The position numbers and the translations under genes are program-made. A DNA stretch of 62,416 bases, filler included, from a bacterium (GTDB lineage Bacteria > JALSQH01), in the NCBI GenBank assembly GCA_026985515.1. It is 8 parts of 8 records of this genome, joined end to end, with 100 filler letters (N's around TTAATTAATTAA, not from the genome) between each part and the next. Parts side by side here need not be neighbours in the genome. Positions count along the whole stretch, not along the records: positions 11,551 to 22,979 come from JALSQH010000141.1; positions 23,080 to 34,245 come from JALSQH010000145.1; 6 more parts are not named here. One strand, given 5' to 3'. The notes under the pieces were generated by a model, which searched no databases, had not been told where the DNA came from, and was given only the letters and a program-made list of their open reading frames with translations. This document shows, piece by piece, positions 18,162 to 28,478 of the stretch (position 1 is its first letter; every line of letters begins with the position of its first letter).

Positions 18162-19424
18162 CTATGTCCTGAATCTCATCACAAGTTGTCTCAGTTTCTC
18201 AGTTGACTCGTTTAACTTTTTCACTTCTTCGTAGATTTTCCCAAGGTATTCCACCTCATATTCGATGGACTTTGCTATTTCACTAAGGGAAATGGTTGTT
18301 TCTCTTGATATGGACGACGCCCTTTCAACATCGCCCGACACCGAATCAATTATTCTGCTCCCCTCAATAAATGAGGTCCCTATTTCCTTTATGCTTTTTG
18401 TAAAGCCATCAATATTATCTGAAACATTTTCAATTGCTTCATAAACATTGTCAAGGTTACTCTTCCCCTCTGTAACACTCTCACTGGTTTCCTCAATTGT
18501 GCTCCTGACAGCATTGCTTTTTTCTTTCAATTCTTCCATCACATTTCTGATTTCAGAAGTGGAATTTTTCGTATGAATGGCGAGATGTCTTATCTCCTCT
18601 GCAATAACAGAAAAACTCTCGCCATACTCACCGGCTCTCGTTGCCTCTATGGCTGCATTTACAGCAAGTATATCGGTTCTTCTCGCCACATCATCAATTA
18701 TCTCAACAAGTTCTTCAATCTCCTTTAATTTTCCAATCAGGGAGAGCATCCCGCTGCTTGAATTCTCAATGTTTGAAAGAACTCTTTTAAGATCGCTGAT
18801 AAGCTCCTCTACATTCTGCAAAATTCTCTTGCTTTTCCTTCCTGCTTCATCAGAGAGTTTTAAAATATCCATAACCTTCTTCACCTCTTCTTTCATCCTC
18901 TTCCTCAAATTTCCAAGAGAATCATTAACATTTTCAAAAATGTCCAGCTGCTCTTCCGCCTTCTTCACCAATCTCCTTGCCGAGCTGCCCACCTCTTCTG
19001 CCGCCACAGAGATGTTTTCAGATGATTCAAGAATATTTTTGGAGAGTTCATCTATCCCAAAGGAAACATTTTTTATCTCTTCAACCATTTCCCTCAGCCC
19101 TTCCCTCATGTTGAGAAGTTCGCTATACAATTTTGCAAGCTCATCATCAAAGAATCTCTTGAAAGAAGGAGTGTAACCGAGATCACCTTCTCTGATCCTT
19201 CTTGTAAAATTTCCAAGGGTTTCAACTGCCCTGTCAAGGGACCTTGACATCAGGATCCCTATGATGAGACCAACAGTTATGGCAATGGCAATTGAAACAA
19301 CGTTGTTGTACCACTCTCCCGGATTCAACCACTCAACCAGCACAAAACCAAGGATAACTGAAACAATCACAAAGAGAAAGGCAAAAATAAACTGATAGCC
19401 GATGTCAATTTTCAGTTTTCTCAT
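18162..19424 (-). CDS. Methyl-accepting chemotaxis protein with two TM helices and no periplasmic sensor domain (DifA-like)
   Basis: Two adjacent N-terminal hydrophobic helices with a ~8-aa loop, HAMP (GDL..DELAKL), signalling tip IDDVARRTDILAVNAAIEATRAGEYGESFSVIAEEIRHLA. Confidence 0.92.
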   Translation of the reverse strand: MRKLKIDIGYQFIFAFLFVIVSVILGFVLVEWLNPGEWYNNVVSIAIAITVGLIIGILMSRSLDRAVETLGNFTRRIREGDLGYTPSFKRFFDDELAKLYSELLNMREGLREMVEEIKNVSFGIDELSKNILESSENISVAAEEVGSSARRLVKKAEEQLDIFENVNDSLGNLRKRMKEEVKKVMDILKLSDEAGRKSKRILQNVEELISDLKRVLSNIENSSSGMLSLIGKLKEIEELVEIIDDVARRTDILAVNAAIEATRAGEYGESFSVIAEEIRHLAIHTKNSTSEIRNVMEELKEKSNAVRSTIEETSESVTEGKSNLDNVYEAIENVSDNIDGFTKSIKEIGTSFIEGSRIIDSVSGDVERASSISRETTISLSEIAKSIEYEVEYLGKIYEEVKKLNESTEKLRQLVMRFRT

Positions 19425-19445
19425 GAAACCTCTCCATTTTACATA

Positions 19446-19475
19446 ATTATAACCCCATTACCTTCCTGTTTGCAA
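19446..19475 (-). promoter_or_regulatory. Sigma70-type promoter of the chemosensory operon
   Basis: On the minus strand: TTGCAA-18 nt-TATAAT, followed by SD GGAGG and the MCP ATG. Confidence 0.55.
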
Positions 19476-19517
19476 AAAAATGTTATATGTAATACAATGA
19501 TGATTAAGGAGGGTAAG

Positions 19518-19841
19518 ATGAAAACACTCTTCTATTGTGAGGAACTCAATTACAGAAGCGTGAAATTTGATACTCGAATCTATTCCCTTGATCAGCGGTA
19601 TGTTATTACCAGAGACAACAAAAAGTACTTCACAAGAGTAACCAGCATCAAATTCAACAGAGATGGTACAAGAGAGATCATTCTGGAACTGGAAAAGGAC
19701 AATGTCAAAAGAGAGGAGAAAAAAATACCTGTTGAAGTTTCAACCCCTGTACCCTCATGGATAGACAGATTAATAAGGGACATTGAAGGGAAAAAAGGAA
19801 GGGTTTACTGGCACAGGAGAAGAAGAAAAAGGAAGTATTAG
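19518..19841 (+). CDS. Hypothetical protein with basic C-terminus
   Basis: SD AAGGAGG before ATG 19518; codon usage matches neighbours; ends in HRRRRKRKY; no family recognised. Confidence 0.6.
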   Translation: MKTLFYCEELNYRSVKFDTRIYSLDQRYVITRDNKKYFTRVTSIKFNRDGTREIILELEKDNVKREEKKIPVEVSTPVPSWIDRLIRDIEGKKGRVYWHRRRRKRKY

Positions 19842-19900
19842 TCTTGACAATTTTAAAAAAGTGTTATAAAACTTTTTGTGTCAAAGGCAGGTAGGTGGAT

Positions 19901-20110
19901 ATGGCAAACATACTGAAGGAACTGGAAAGGAAAAATGTGATTGTCTATTCTATGGGGGTAACATACAAGGGAATTCTCATTGAGGCAAATGAGACTGAGG
20001 TTTACCTCAGGACCCAGAATGGATGGGTCACCATCCCCATGGACAGAATCGCAAAAATAGCCCCTGCACCAGAGGAAAAAGATTTCACTGGAAGAACAAG
20101 AAAAAAATAA
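19901..20110 (+). CDS. Small protein with Sm/LSm-like fold pattern
   Basis: KNVIVYSMGVTYKGILIEANETEVYL..GWVTIPMDRIAKI matches the Sm1/Sm2 beta-strand pattern; TTGACA at 19844 upstream. Confidence 0.6.
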   Translation: MANILKELERKNVIVYSMGVTYKGILIEANETEVYLRTQNGWVTIPMDRIAKIAPAPEEKDFTGRTRKK

Positions 20111-20124
20111 TTTCCTGTCCATAA

Positions 20125-20904
20125 GTGGAAACAATTTTCGGAAAATGTGTTAATCCCGCCTTTATTGCTCTCAGAAGGAGAATTTTCAAAAGAGCCGGGG
20201 AGGCAACCAGAAAGTTCAAACTTATAGAAGAAGGTGATAGAATCCTTATAGGTTTTTCGGGGGGAAAAGATAGTTTTGTGCTGGTAGACTACCTGCACCA
20301 CCTCAGATTGAGCAGACCAGGAAAATTTCAGATAGAAGCTGCCATGGTTGATATGAATTTTCCAGAAGAAGAAGTGAATTTTATCAGGGGGATTCTGGAA
20401 AAGAATTCAATTCCTTTTCACCTGATTCCATCTAAAATACCCTCCATTGTAACAGGTAAAATGGAAAATCATAAAAATGCATGTGTGCTCTGTTCAAGAC
20501 TCAGAAGAGGGCTACTGTACTCCTTTGCAAGGGAACACAGATTCAACAAACTGGCACTGGGTCATAACGCCGACGATGTAATAGAAACTCTCCTTCTGAA
20601 TCTCTTTTATAATGGCAAAATAAAGGCAATGTCTCCCCGCTTTCTCAATGATGATGGCGATCTGATTGTAATCAGACCCCTCTACTATGTGATGGAAGAA
20701 GACACTCGAGCATACGCCAGAGAGTTAAATTGGAATGTTATCAACAATCCTTGCCCCCTCCAAAAATTCCGCGGGGAAAAGAGGGAAATTATAAAAAAGA
20801 TACTTAAAGAACTTGAAGAAGATTTTCCCGCTGTTAAGAAAAATATCATCAGATCGCTGGAAAAAATCGAGAAAAGATTTTTACCTCCCCCTCCAGACTC
20901 ATAA
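20125..20904 (+). CDS. ttcA: tRNA 2-thiocytidine(32) synthetase TtcA family
   Basis: PP-loop SGGKDS, CVLCSRLRRG, ALGHNADDVIETLLLN, VIRPL. Confidence 0.9.
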   Translation: METIFGKCVNPAFIALRRRIFKRAGEATRKFKLIEEGDRILIGFSGGKDSFVLVDYLHHLRLSRPGKFQIEAAMVDMNFPEEEVNFIRGILEKNSIPFHLIPSKIPSIVTGKMENHKNACVLCSRLRRGLLYSFAREHRFNKLALGHNADDVIETLLLNLFYNGKIKAMSPRFLNDDGDLIVIRPLYYVMEEDTRAYARELNWNVINNPCPLQKFRGEKREIIKKILKELEEDFPAVKKNIIRSLEKIEKRFLPPPPDS

Positions 20905-22587
20905 ATCCTCCGCTACCGGGATTCGCACCATAAATCTACTGCCCTTCCCCGGCTTGGAAGTAACCATGATTTTGCCGTTATTTTTCTCAAGGATATTTGA
21001 AACTATTGAGAGACCCAGCCCTGTTCCCTTTTCCCTTGTCGTGTAAAATGGTGTAAATATTCTGTCAATCTCCTCTGGAGGGATCCCTATACCATTATCC
21101 TCAATGGCTATCTCAATCTCGTTTCCCTCATGCAGTGAAGTTTCAATCAAAATCCATTTTTCTTCCTTGTCAAGGAACTGAAGTGCATTTTGAATAAGAT
21201 TAACAATTATCTCTTCAAGTTCGGTCCTGTCAAATTCAACAGGTGGCAGAGGTTCTGTAAGATTCAATTTTAACTCTATTCCGTTTTTCCTGAACTGGTA
21301 CTCAAAGAGAGAAAGAACCTCTTTTACTATTCTGTTAACATTGAGTTTTTCCTTTTTGCGGGAAGGCCTTGAGAAATGGAGAAGGTTTTCAAATAGTCTT
21401 GATACCCTTTCTGTATCGGCTATTATCTTCTGCAACTTATCCAGATCCGCTTCAGTTATCTCTCTTCCCCTGGAAAATTTATGAAGGAGCAATTGAGCGT
21501 AAGTGCTTATACCTGTTATGGGATTGTTAAGTTCATGTGCAATACCGGCAACCATCTGACCTATTGTGGCAAGTTTATCCTGCCTCAGCATCGCCGCCTC
21601 TGCTTCTCTTGCCTTCTCTTCCTGGATCTTTGCCCGAGTAACATCTTTAAATGAAACAATTTTAACATTCTCGTTAAGCATGGTTACATGTATTTCAAGA
21701 TATTTTTTCTTATCATTGACCAGAAGGGGATAATCAGACAATACCAGATCCTCCTCAGGTCTCACATTCACAATTAAGTCATAAAGACCGGTCTCTCTGA
21801 ATCTTTGAAGCAACTTTTCAAGCGTATCCGACTCAAAAATATCCATAATTCTTCTGTTGTAAAAACGAATATTCTCTCCCTCCCAGATAACCACCCCAAC
21901 AGGGAGAAAAGAGAGGACATCTTCAAGAAACTTCTCAAGTTCCTGGAATCTTTCCTTCTCCCGGTAAAGACTATCAAAGTTTTTTTCCATTCTCTTTCTC
22001 AGGGTTTCTATAATCAGTGTGAACAGAAGAATATAAAAAATCACACCAGGTATGAAGAAAAGATTTACAACCTCACCATAGTGAGCCTCAATAAAATCCC
22101 GAATAATGTTGGCTCCACCAAGCATCCCCCTGCTTTCAAGAACCCCTGTCAGAGAAAGGAGAAGGATTATGTAAAGGAGGAGTAAATTCTTATATTTTCC
22201 CTTATCAAACACAAAGGGAATATAAAGGACAACAGGAACAAAAAATATTGAAAGCTTGGAGGAAAAACAACCAAGATAGAGACAAACTGCGCTGAGGAGA
22301 AGAATATCAATGAGAGTTACGCCTCTTGCATACGCGCAAAGCCACCTGTTTCTTTCTGGTTCCTGGAATCTGTTAAAACGGCGCAGCAGAATAAAACTTG
22401 ACACAGCATAAATGAGAGAAATAACCAGAATTGTCGTGAGATAAACTGGTACAATACCAAGCACACCTATCCACGAGAAATATAGAAGGACAAAGGCAAC
22501 AAAAACTGCAAAAAATCTGTAGAGACATCCAAGAATTGATAAAACGTATATATCATCAGATGTGAGAAGATGTTTTTCCTGAGTCAT
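20899..22587 (-). CDS. Membrane sensor histidine kinase (PilS/NtrB-like: TM, PAS-like, HisKA, HATPase)
   Basis: About six TM segments; LATIGQMVAGIAHELNNPI, NLIQNA, EDNGIGI, FTPFYTT, GTGLGL. Confidence 0.92.
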   Translation of the reverse strand: MTQEKHLLTSDDIYVLSILGCLYRFFAVFVAFVLLYFSWIGVLGIVPVYLTTILVISLIYAVSSFILLRRFNRFQEPERNRWLCAYARGVTLIDILLLSAVCLYLGCFSSKLSIFFVPVVLYIPFVFDKGKYKNLLLLYIILLLSLTGVLESRGMLGGANIIRDFIEAHYGEVVNLFFIPGVIFYILLFTLIIETLRKRMEKNFDSLYREKERFQELEKFLEDVLSFLPVGVVIWEGENIRFYNRRIMDIFESDTLEKLLQRFRETGLYDLIVNVRPEEDLVLSDYPLLVNDKKKYLEIHVTMLNENVKIVSFKDVTRAKIQEEKAREAEAAMLRQDKLATIGQMVAGIAHELNNPITGISTYAQLLLHKFSRGREITEADLDKLQKIIADTERVSRLFENLLHFSRPSRKKEKLNVNRIVKEVLSLFEYQFRKNGIELKLNLTEPLPPVEFDRTELEEIIVNLIQNALQFLDKEEKWILIETSLHEGNEIEIAIEDNGIGIPPEEIDRIFTPFYTTREKGTGLGLSIVSNILEKNNGKIMVTSKPGKGSRFMVRIPVAEDL

Positions 22588-22979
22588 TCACTCCTCAAAT
22601 GAAATGTTAACTTTTATCTCCGTATCACCGAGTTTTATGATGTCCCCATCTTTCAGTTTCCTTGTAAAAACAAGCACTCCATTGAGGTAGGTTCCATTTT
22701 TACTTGCCAGGTCTCTCAGAAAAATATTCTCCCGTGTAATAGCCTCAATCACGGCATGCTTTCGTGACACTTTTATATCATCCAGAGGTATATCAACATC
22801 CTTCCTTCCTATTTTCACCCTTGACTTTCTGATGTGGAAAATTTTACCCCTGTCGTTTCCCTTTATAACTTCGAGGGTAAGGTTGAGTCCGGGAGGGAGA
22901 GGTAGTTCATCAAGATTGAAGGATGGCTGCATGATAGTGGTTTCTTCCTCAATATTCCCCTCCTCATCAAAGATTATTC
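22588..22979 (-). CDS. FHA domain protein (5'-truncated by contig end)
   Basis: KIGR, VSRKHA, DLASKNGTYLNG, LKDGDIIKLG; frame stays open upstream of the track start (IIFDEEGNIEEETTIMQP) to the linker. Confidence 0.9.
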
Positions 22980-23079
22980 NNNNNNNNNNNNNNNNNNNNN
23001 NNNNNNNNNNNNNNNNNNNNNNNTTAATTAATTAANNNNNNNNNNNNNNNNNNNNNNNNNNNNNNNNNNNNNNNNNNNN
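22980..23079. other. Artificial contig-joining linker
   Basis: N-run with TTAATTAATTAA core. Confidence 0.98.
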
Positions 23080-25653
23080 GAGCCGTCCATGGTAACCAAT
23101 CATATTGATTCTCTCACCCACCGTACCCCCCGCCACATGAGTTACAGGGGCTCGATAATAGGGTATCACTACCCCCTCTGAATAATTGGGTACTTCATCA
23201 GAGGTGTAAAAGGCATAATACCAGAGGGTATCTGGAGGTTGAGTGACCATTAAACTGCTTCCCTTCCCTCTGAAGAGAACCTCCCCATCATTATGAGAAA
23301 GGGGTACGCCAGTTTTATTTACAATAACTGTGACACCAGCAAAATCATTATTCGGAGGATTTATCCAGGTTATCCTGAAACTATCCGTTGTAAATGGATC
23401 GTGGAAGTTTATGTGGGTCACTTCTCCAGGTGGTTGAACATCTTTAACCTCCACACTAAAAGAGACCGGTTTGGAAAAATTGTTATTATAATCGTAGGCA
23501 TAAATGGCATAGTAATAAACATTCCCGGATACCACAGATAGATCAGTAAATTCAGAACTCATCCCCCTCAGCAGAATTACCCCTTCTGGATCAGTTGGTG
23601 AAACTGGATAACCTCCAGTTTTCCTGATAACCTCAACACCTGCAAGATCAGGATCCGAAGGCAGACTCCAGAAGATTTCTACCATGTTACCATCAGGGTC
23701 AGAATAGTATGTCACATCCGATACAGGAGATGGAGGCTGACTGTCAAAGGACCTAACTGTTATCTCATACGGTAAAGAATAATTCTGCCACTCATCGTAA
23801 ACACAGAAGGTATAGTTATAGTAGGCACCCGAGGCACCGGTGAGGGTGGAATCAAGGAAGGAATCTTCAGGATAAAATACAGATGCTATCTCATTATCGT
23901 TGCATGGGAGAAAGTAATCATCATCTGGACTCTCTGCCATTCTCCGAAGAATCTTCACTCCCTTAACATCGGGATCACCCGGATAAGTCCAGTTAAAGAA
24001 GATACTCCCGTCTCTCAATGATTCTGCCTCAACAGAAACAAGGGGATGAGGGGGAGTTGTGTCAATAACTGTGACTGTGGTTACAGCGGCGGGAGCAAGA
24101 TTACCCGTTTCATCTCTTGAAGACACAGCGTAACAGAGGTGAGCCCTGTCTGAGGGAAGAGGAGGATTCCTGTCCACATATTCTGATCCCTCCCCTGTCA
24201 GAACCACAGGATACCCTTCAGCACTCAGGGACTCAAGCTCATCAGGAGTATACAGATTTTTTCTGCACTTTCCATCAATAACATAAAGATTCACCCCTGC
24301 AAAGTCTGAATCTCCGGGATTTAACCACTGCAGGTAGACATACCCCTTTTCATCTGAAGAGGCGGTTAGAGAAGTAACAGGAGAGGGAGGTACGCTGTCA
24401 TGAGGAATAACAATAGATGTTACCCCTTCACTGTAATTGTATGAAGCATCAAGTGCGTATGCGGTATAGCAGTATTTCCTGTCATTTATACAACCACCAC
24501 CGCCGCATGAAAGATCCGTATATGTTGTTGAGGGTCCCGCATAAACAAGCATCCCACTCATGTAAGTTGGACAGGAATCTGGTGCAACGTAAATCTCAAC
24601 AAAGGCGAAGTCAGGATCAGATGGATTTTTCCACTCAAGAATTGAACCATTTCCAGGAGGATAGGGTCTGCCGCTAAAATTTTCTACAGGAGATGGGGGA
24701 ACCGTATCAGCCACAACCGGGACAGTAACACTTTTCGTCAGTCCCGTGGTACAATTTTCATACTGATCACAGGAAGTTATATGATAAGAAATCGTTTCAC
24801 CTGTCACGACACCCGTGTCAATATAGACCTCCTCAGTACCGGATGAAGTAAAAAGCAAATTTCCATCTCTGAACAGTTCAATATGATCAAAATCTGGATC
24901 CTCCGGATTAACCCACGAAACCACCACCCTGTCAGTTGCAGGTGAGACATAAAAAGCTTCAACATCTGGTGGAGGAGTAATATCAAAGGGTTCAGCCCAG
25001 ACCATGACTCCGGAGGAATAGTTCCCCGAATCGTCGTAGGTAAACAATCCGTAACAGTATCTGTGAAAATTTTTCACATCTCTATCTGTAAATCCTGTCA
25101 GCACTCCGTTGTAAAGCACCTCTCCATCTTCGTAACTCTGGGGACAGGAGCCCTCCCTCTTTACCACAATTACACCTTTAAAATCTGGATCCGGCGGATT
25201 TCTCCAGACAATTTTCACAAAGTTCTCCCCCTCTGTAACAGAAACATCATACACCTCTCCCGGTGGAGTGAGATCTGGTGGAATCTGTGGAATGGCCTGA
25301 ACCATCACTCCTTTTGAAAAATGTTTACCATCACTGGTGAAAATTTTGTAGTAATAAAGGACACCATTTGAAACTGCGTCATCATACACTGAGGTGGTGA
25401 GGTCAGAGAAATAGATCTCGGTACCATCTGTCACACCCTCTACAGGATAATTCTCCTTCCTTCTCACCATTATCTTCTTAACATGGGGATCATCGGGAAG
25501 AATCCATGAAATCAGGACAAATCTGTCACCCGTCTCAACATTGACCGCTATCACATCTTTCAGTTTCGGAGGAGGAGAAGGCTTCTCCTTCTCTTTGCCG
25601 CAGGAAGAAACAAAAAACACCAGGAAAAGAAGAAAGATTAAAACTCTCTTCAT
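23080..25653 (-). CDS. Large surface lipoprotein with eight tandem fibronectin-III-like domains (3'-truncated)
   Basis: Signal MKRVLIFLLFLVFFVSS-C; eight ~95-110 aa units with consensus DxxPPxxV..WxxPxDxDFxGV..Y.Y..F.YD..NYS. Confidence 0.85.
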
Positions 25654-25814
25654 AAGCACCCCCGCTTTATAGTATAGCAATAAACGTGCCTTGTAGAAAA
25701 GGTCAATTTTTGTATAATGAAACCATGATACTGGAATCAGGAATTTTTTGTATTGACTTTGCTGACCTTTCTGAAGTATTATTTATATTATTTAGAAAGA
25801 AGAGGAGAGAATAA

Positions 25815-27152
25815 ATGTTTGATCAGCTTTCCGACAGGCTAAACAGTGTAGTAAAGTATCTCAAAGGTCAGGGGAAAATAAAGGAAAGCAACATAGAAGA
25901 GGCTCTGCGAGAAGTAAGAATCAGTCTCCTTGAAGCCGATGTAAACTACGAAGTTGTTAAGCAATTCGTTGAAGATGTAAAAAAGAAGGCCCTTGGTCAG
26001 GAAGTAATAGGCAGTTTAACACCGGCCCAGCAGTTCATAAAAATTGTTTATGACGAACTTGTGGAAATAATGGGAGGAGAAACCTCTCTCCCCATGATTT
26101 CAGTTTCCCCACCGGCAGTGATAATGCTCGTTGGACTTCAGGGTTCAGGTAAAACAACCACAGCGGCAAAGCTTGGAATCTATCTCAAAAAGAAACATAA
26201 AAGAACCCCACTGCTGGTTCCTCTTGATGTTAGAAGACCCGCCGCTATTGAACAGTTAAAAGTTCTCGGGAACCAGGCACGGCTCTCAGTTTATGATACA
26301 GATCCATCAATGAATCCAGTTGAAATAGCAGAAAAGTCAAAAGAATATGCTCTCATGAGAGGTTACGATACAGTCATCTTTGACACTGCAGGACGTCTCC
26401 ATATAGATGAAGAATTGATGAAGGAATTGGAAGAGATTGAAAAGGTCTCTGACCCGGCAGAGGTGCTTCTTGTGGCAGATGCCATGACGGGACAGGATGC
26501 GGTGAATATTGCAAGGGAGTTTGATCAGCGACTGAATCTGACAGGAGTAATTCTCACAAAGGTAGACGGTGACACGAGGGGTGGAGCAGCCCTGTCAATT
26601 AAAGCTGTAACTGGCAAGCCCATTAAATTTATTGGTACAGGAGAAAAGCTGGAAGATATAGACCTGTTCCACCCGGATAGAATTGCTTCAAGAATACTGG
26701 ATATGGGAGATATTCTCACCCTTGTGGAAAAGGCTCAGGAAAAGGTGGATCAGAAAAAAGCAGCAAAACTGGCAGAAAAGATGCTGAAGAATGAGTACAC
26801 CCTCGAAGATTTCCTCGAACATATTCAGCAGATAAAGAAAATGGGTCCCCTTGAGGATCTGCTCAAGATGATCCCCGGTGCCAGGCAGATGATGAGGCAG
26901 ATGAAAAATGCCATACCACCTGATAAAGAACTGAAAAAAATAGAGGCAATCATTCTCTCAATGACAAAAGAGGAGAGAAGAAATCCGTCAATCATCAATG
27001 GATCAAGAAGACAGAGAATAGCACGGGGAAGTGGTACCACCGTTCAGGATGTCAACAGGGTGTTGAAAAGTTTTGTAGAAATGAGAAAATTAATGAGAAG
27101 GATTAACAAAAAGGGACTCAAAGGTATCCCGAGAGGAATGTTACCATTTTAA
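25815..27152 (+). CDS. ffh: Signal recognition particle protein Ffh
   Basis: [53 protein letters not shown] domain [11 protein letters not shown]. Confidence 0.98.
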   Translation: MFDQLSDRLNSVVKYLKGQGKIKESNIEEALREVRISLLEADVNYEVVKQFVEDVKKKALGQEVIGSLTPAQQFIKIVYDELVEIMGGETSLPMISVSPPAVIMLVGLQGSGKTTTAAKLGIYLKKKHKRTPLLVPLDVRRPAAIEQLKVLGNQARLSVYDTDPSMNPVEIAEKSKEYALMRGYDTVIFDTAGRLHIDEELMKELEEIEKVSDPAEVLLVADAMTGQDAVNIAREFDQRLNLTGVILTKVDGDTRGGAALSIKAVTGKPIKFIGTGEKLEDIDLFHPDRIASRILDMGDILTLVEKAQEKVDQKKAAKLAEKMLKNEYTLEDFLEHIQQIKKMGPLEDLLKMIPGARQMMRQMKNAIPPDKELKKIEAIILSMTKEERRNPSIINGSRRQRIARGSGTTVQDVNRVLKSFVEMRKLMRRINKKGLKGIPRGMLPF

Positions 27153-27171
27153 AAAGGAGGTTACAGGATCA

Positions 27172-27441
27172 ATGGCAGTAAAGATCAGATTGATGAGGAT
27201 GGGTGCAAAGGATCAGCCATTTTACAGAATTGTGGCTGCTCACAGTGAATCCCCGAGGGATGGGAGATTTCTGGAAATCATAGGATACTACGATGTAAAA
27301 AAAGATCCACCGGAAATTAAATTTGATGTGGTAAAATTAAAAAAGTGGCTTGACAATGGAGCAATTCCGACTAAAATTGTAAAGGATCTGATGAAAAAGG
27401 CGAAGGTCAAAGAAAAACTGAAAGAACTGGAGAGCAGGTAA
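27172..27441 (+). CDS. rpsP: 30S ribosomal protein S16
   Basis: [29 protein letters not shown]. Confidence 0.97.
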   Translation: MAVKIRLMRMGAKDQPFYRIVAAHSESPRDGRFLEIIGYYDVKKDPPEIKFDVVKLKKWLDNGAIPTKIVKDLMKKAKVKEKLKELESR

Positions 27442-27462
27442 AATCAAACGGGAAGGTGGAAG

Positions 27463-27702
27463 ATGAGCGAATTGAAGGAACTGGTTGAATTCATTGCAAA
27501 GAAACTGGTTGACAAACCTGACGAAGTAAAGGTAACAGAGGTAAATGCTGAAAGAACAACTGTTATTGAACTGAGAGTTGCCAAAGAAGACCTTGGCAAA
27601 ATAATCGGAAAAGAGGGTAAAACTGCCAAGGCGATAAGAACCATTCTGAGTGCAGCTTCTGCGAAACTGAACAAGAGAGTTTTTCTGGAAATTATTGAAT
27701 AA
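27463..27702 (+). CDS. khpA: KH domain RNA-binding protein KhpA (YlqC)
   Basis: [36 protein letters not shown]; canonical position after rpsP. Confidence 0.93.
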   Translation: MSELKELVEFIAKKLVDKPDEVKVTEVNAERTTVIELRVAKEDLGKIIGKEGKTAKAIRTILSAASAKLNKRVFLEIIE

Positions 27703-27736
27703 AGGAGGAGGGGGTTTACCCTCTTTCCTCTTTTTT
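27703..27736 (+). terminator. Terminator-like hairpin between khpA and trmD
   Basis: AGGAGGAGGG-GGTTTA-CCCTCTTTCCT stem (one bulge, one G-U) followed by CTTTTTT. Confidence 0.6.
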
Positions 27737-27740
27737 ACCC

Positions 27741-28478
27741 ATGATTTTTCATGTATTGACAATTTTCCCTGAGTATTTTTTATCACCTCTTTCTGTAAGC
27801 TTTCTAAAAAGAGCCATTGAGAGGCATATCATCACAGTTAATCTTGTTGACATAAGAAGTTACTCATCAGACAGGCATAGAAAAGTAGATGATGAAATAT
27901 ATGGGGCAGGGACGGGAATGCTCTTTCAGCCTGAGCCCGTTGCAAGAGCCATTGAAAATAATTTTGAGGGGAAAAATGGCATAAGAATATTCCTCACACC
28001 ATCGGGGAAAGTTCTTACTCAGAAGATATGTGAGGAGCTATCCAGTTATGAGGAGATACTTCTTCTCTGCGGCAGGTATGAGGGTATTGATCAGAGGGTA
28101 ATAGAAGAATACATTGACCTGGAAATTTCTGCAGGAGATTTTGTCCTTCCAGGAGGAGAATCAGCGGCTTTAATTGTAATGGAATGTGTCACCAGGTTGA
28201 TTCCGGGAAGCGTGGGAAAGGAAGACTCGGTCAGAAACGACTCCTTTACCACTGGACTGCTCGAGGGACCACACTACACACGACCATCAATCTGGAGGGG
28301 CAAAAAAGTACCGGAGGTCCTCCTGAGTGGAGATCATGGAAGAGTTGAAGAATGGAGATTAAAAGAAGCCCTGAGAAAAACCTACCATTTGAGACCTGAT
28401 CTGCTTCTCCAGAAAAAACTCTCTCCCTTAGAGAAAAAATTGCTCAAAGAGATCTGGTATGAAGATTGGGGAAAATGA
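27741..28478 (+). CDS. trmD: tRNA (guanine-N1)-methyltransferase
   Basis: VLTIFPE, VDDEIYGAGTGML, LCGRYEGIDQR, GDFVLPGGE, LLEGPHYTRP, VPEVLLSGDH. Confidence 0.96.
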   Translation: MIFHVLTIFPEYFLSPLSVSFLKRAIERHIITVNLVDIRSYSSDRHRKVDDEIYGAGTGMLFQPEPVARAIENNFEGKNGIRIFLTPSGKVLTQKICEELSSYEEILLLCGRYEGIDQRVIEEYIDLEISAGDFVLPGGESAALIVMECVTRLIPGSVGKEDSVRNDSFTTGLLEGPHYTRPSIWRGKKVPEVLLSGDHGRVEEWRLKEALRKTYHLRPDLLLQKKLSPLEKKLLKEIWYEDWGK

